From assembly GCA_965644295.1 (NCBI GenBank), contig CBFFRP010000152.1:124001-188000 (forward strand): a stretch of 64,000 nt of DNA. Reading direction: 5' to 3'. This DNA is from Paraphysomonas bandaiensis (taxonomy: Eukaryota; Protista; Chrysophyceae). Position numbers and translations under genes: made by a program. The notes under the pieces were generated by a model. The model had not been told where the DNA came from. It saw nothing but the letters and a program-made list of their open reading frames with translations, and made no database searches. Shown here one piece after another: positions 63,991 through 64,000 of this stretch. The first letter of the stretch is position 1, and the number at the start of each line of letters is the position of its first letter.

Positions 63991-64000
63991 TTAGGGGGTA

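Larger units (their letters stand above)
57849..64000. mobile_element. Plavaka-type (CACTA/EnSpm-related) DNA transposon; right end probably beyond the window
   Basis: A transposase gene and a divergent second gene are bracketed on both sides by arrays of the same palindrome (A)CCTATAGG(T). The left terminus at CACGG (57849) is tentative. Confidence 0.75.

Overview
Eukaryotic nuclear DNA from a compact, intron-poor genome (GT-AG introns of about 43-75 bp). The axonemal dynein indicates a flagellated protist; a stramenopile-like lineage is my inference from gene content. Host genes in order: a TLDc-domain gene (partial), a giant coiled-coil gene, a CRT-like transporter, KRR1, a single-headed inner-arm dynein heavy chain, an HMMR_C-type coiled-coil gene and an IP3-receptor-like Ca2+ channel. 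Mobile DNA: a rearranged graveyard of copia- and gypsy-like fragments with nested foldback inversions (3.9-10.9 kb), a TA-flanked IS630/Tc1-type transposon with an unusually long DD109E spacing (40.97-43.63 kb), and an apparently intact Plavaka-type transposon with palindromic subterminal arrays and a divergent cargo gene (57.85 kb to window end). The most striking observation is the IP3R-like channel (48676-57520). It carries a complete S1-S4 voltage-sensor domain, with seven basic residues at every third position, inserted in frame into its cytosolic solenoid. It has also apparently lost the canonical IP3-binding residues and gained a C-terminal C2-like domain, which makes it a candidate voltage-gated IP3R-family channel. 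A hairpin-dense, ORF-free island near 44.0-44.6 kb is a candidate structured RNA. All calls are by eye from the sequence and ORF track; no searches or folding computations were run.
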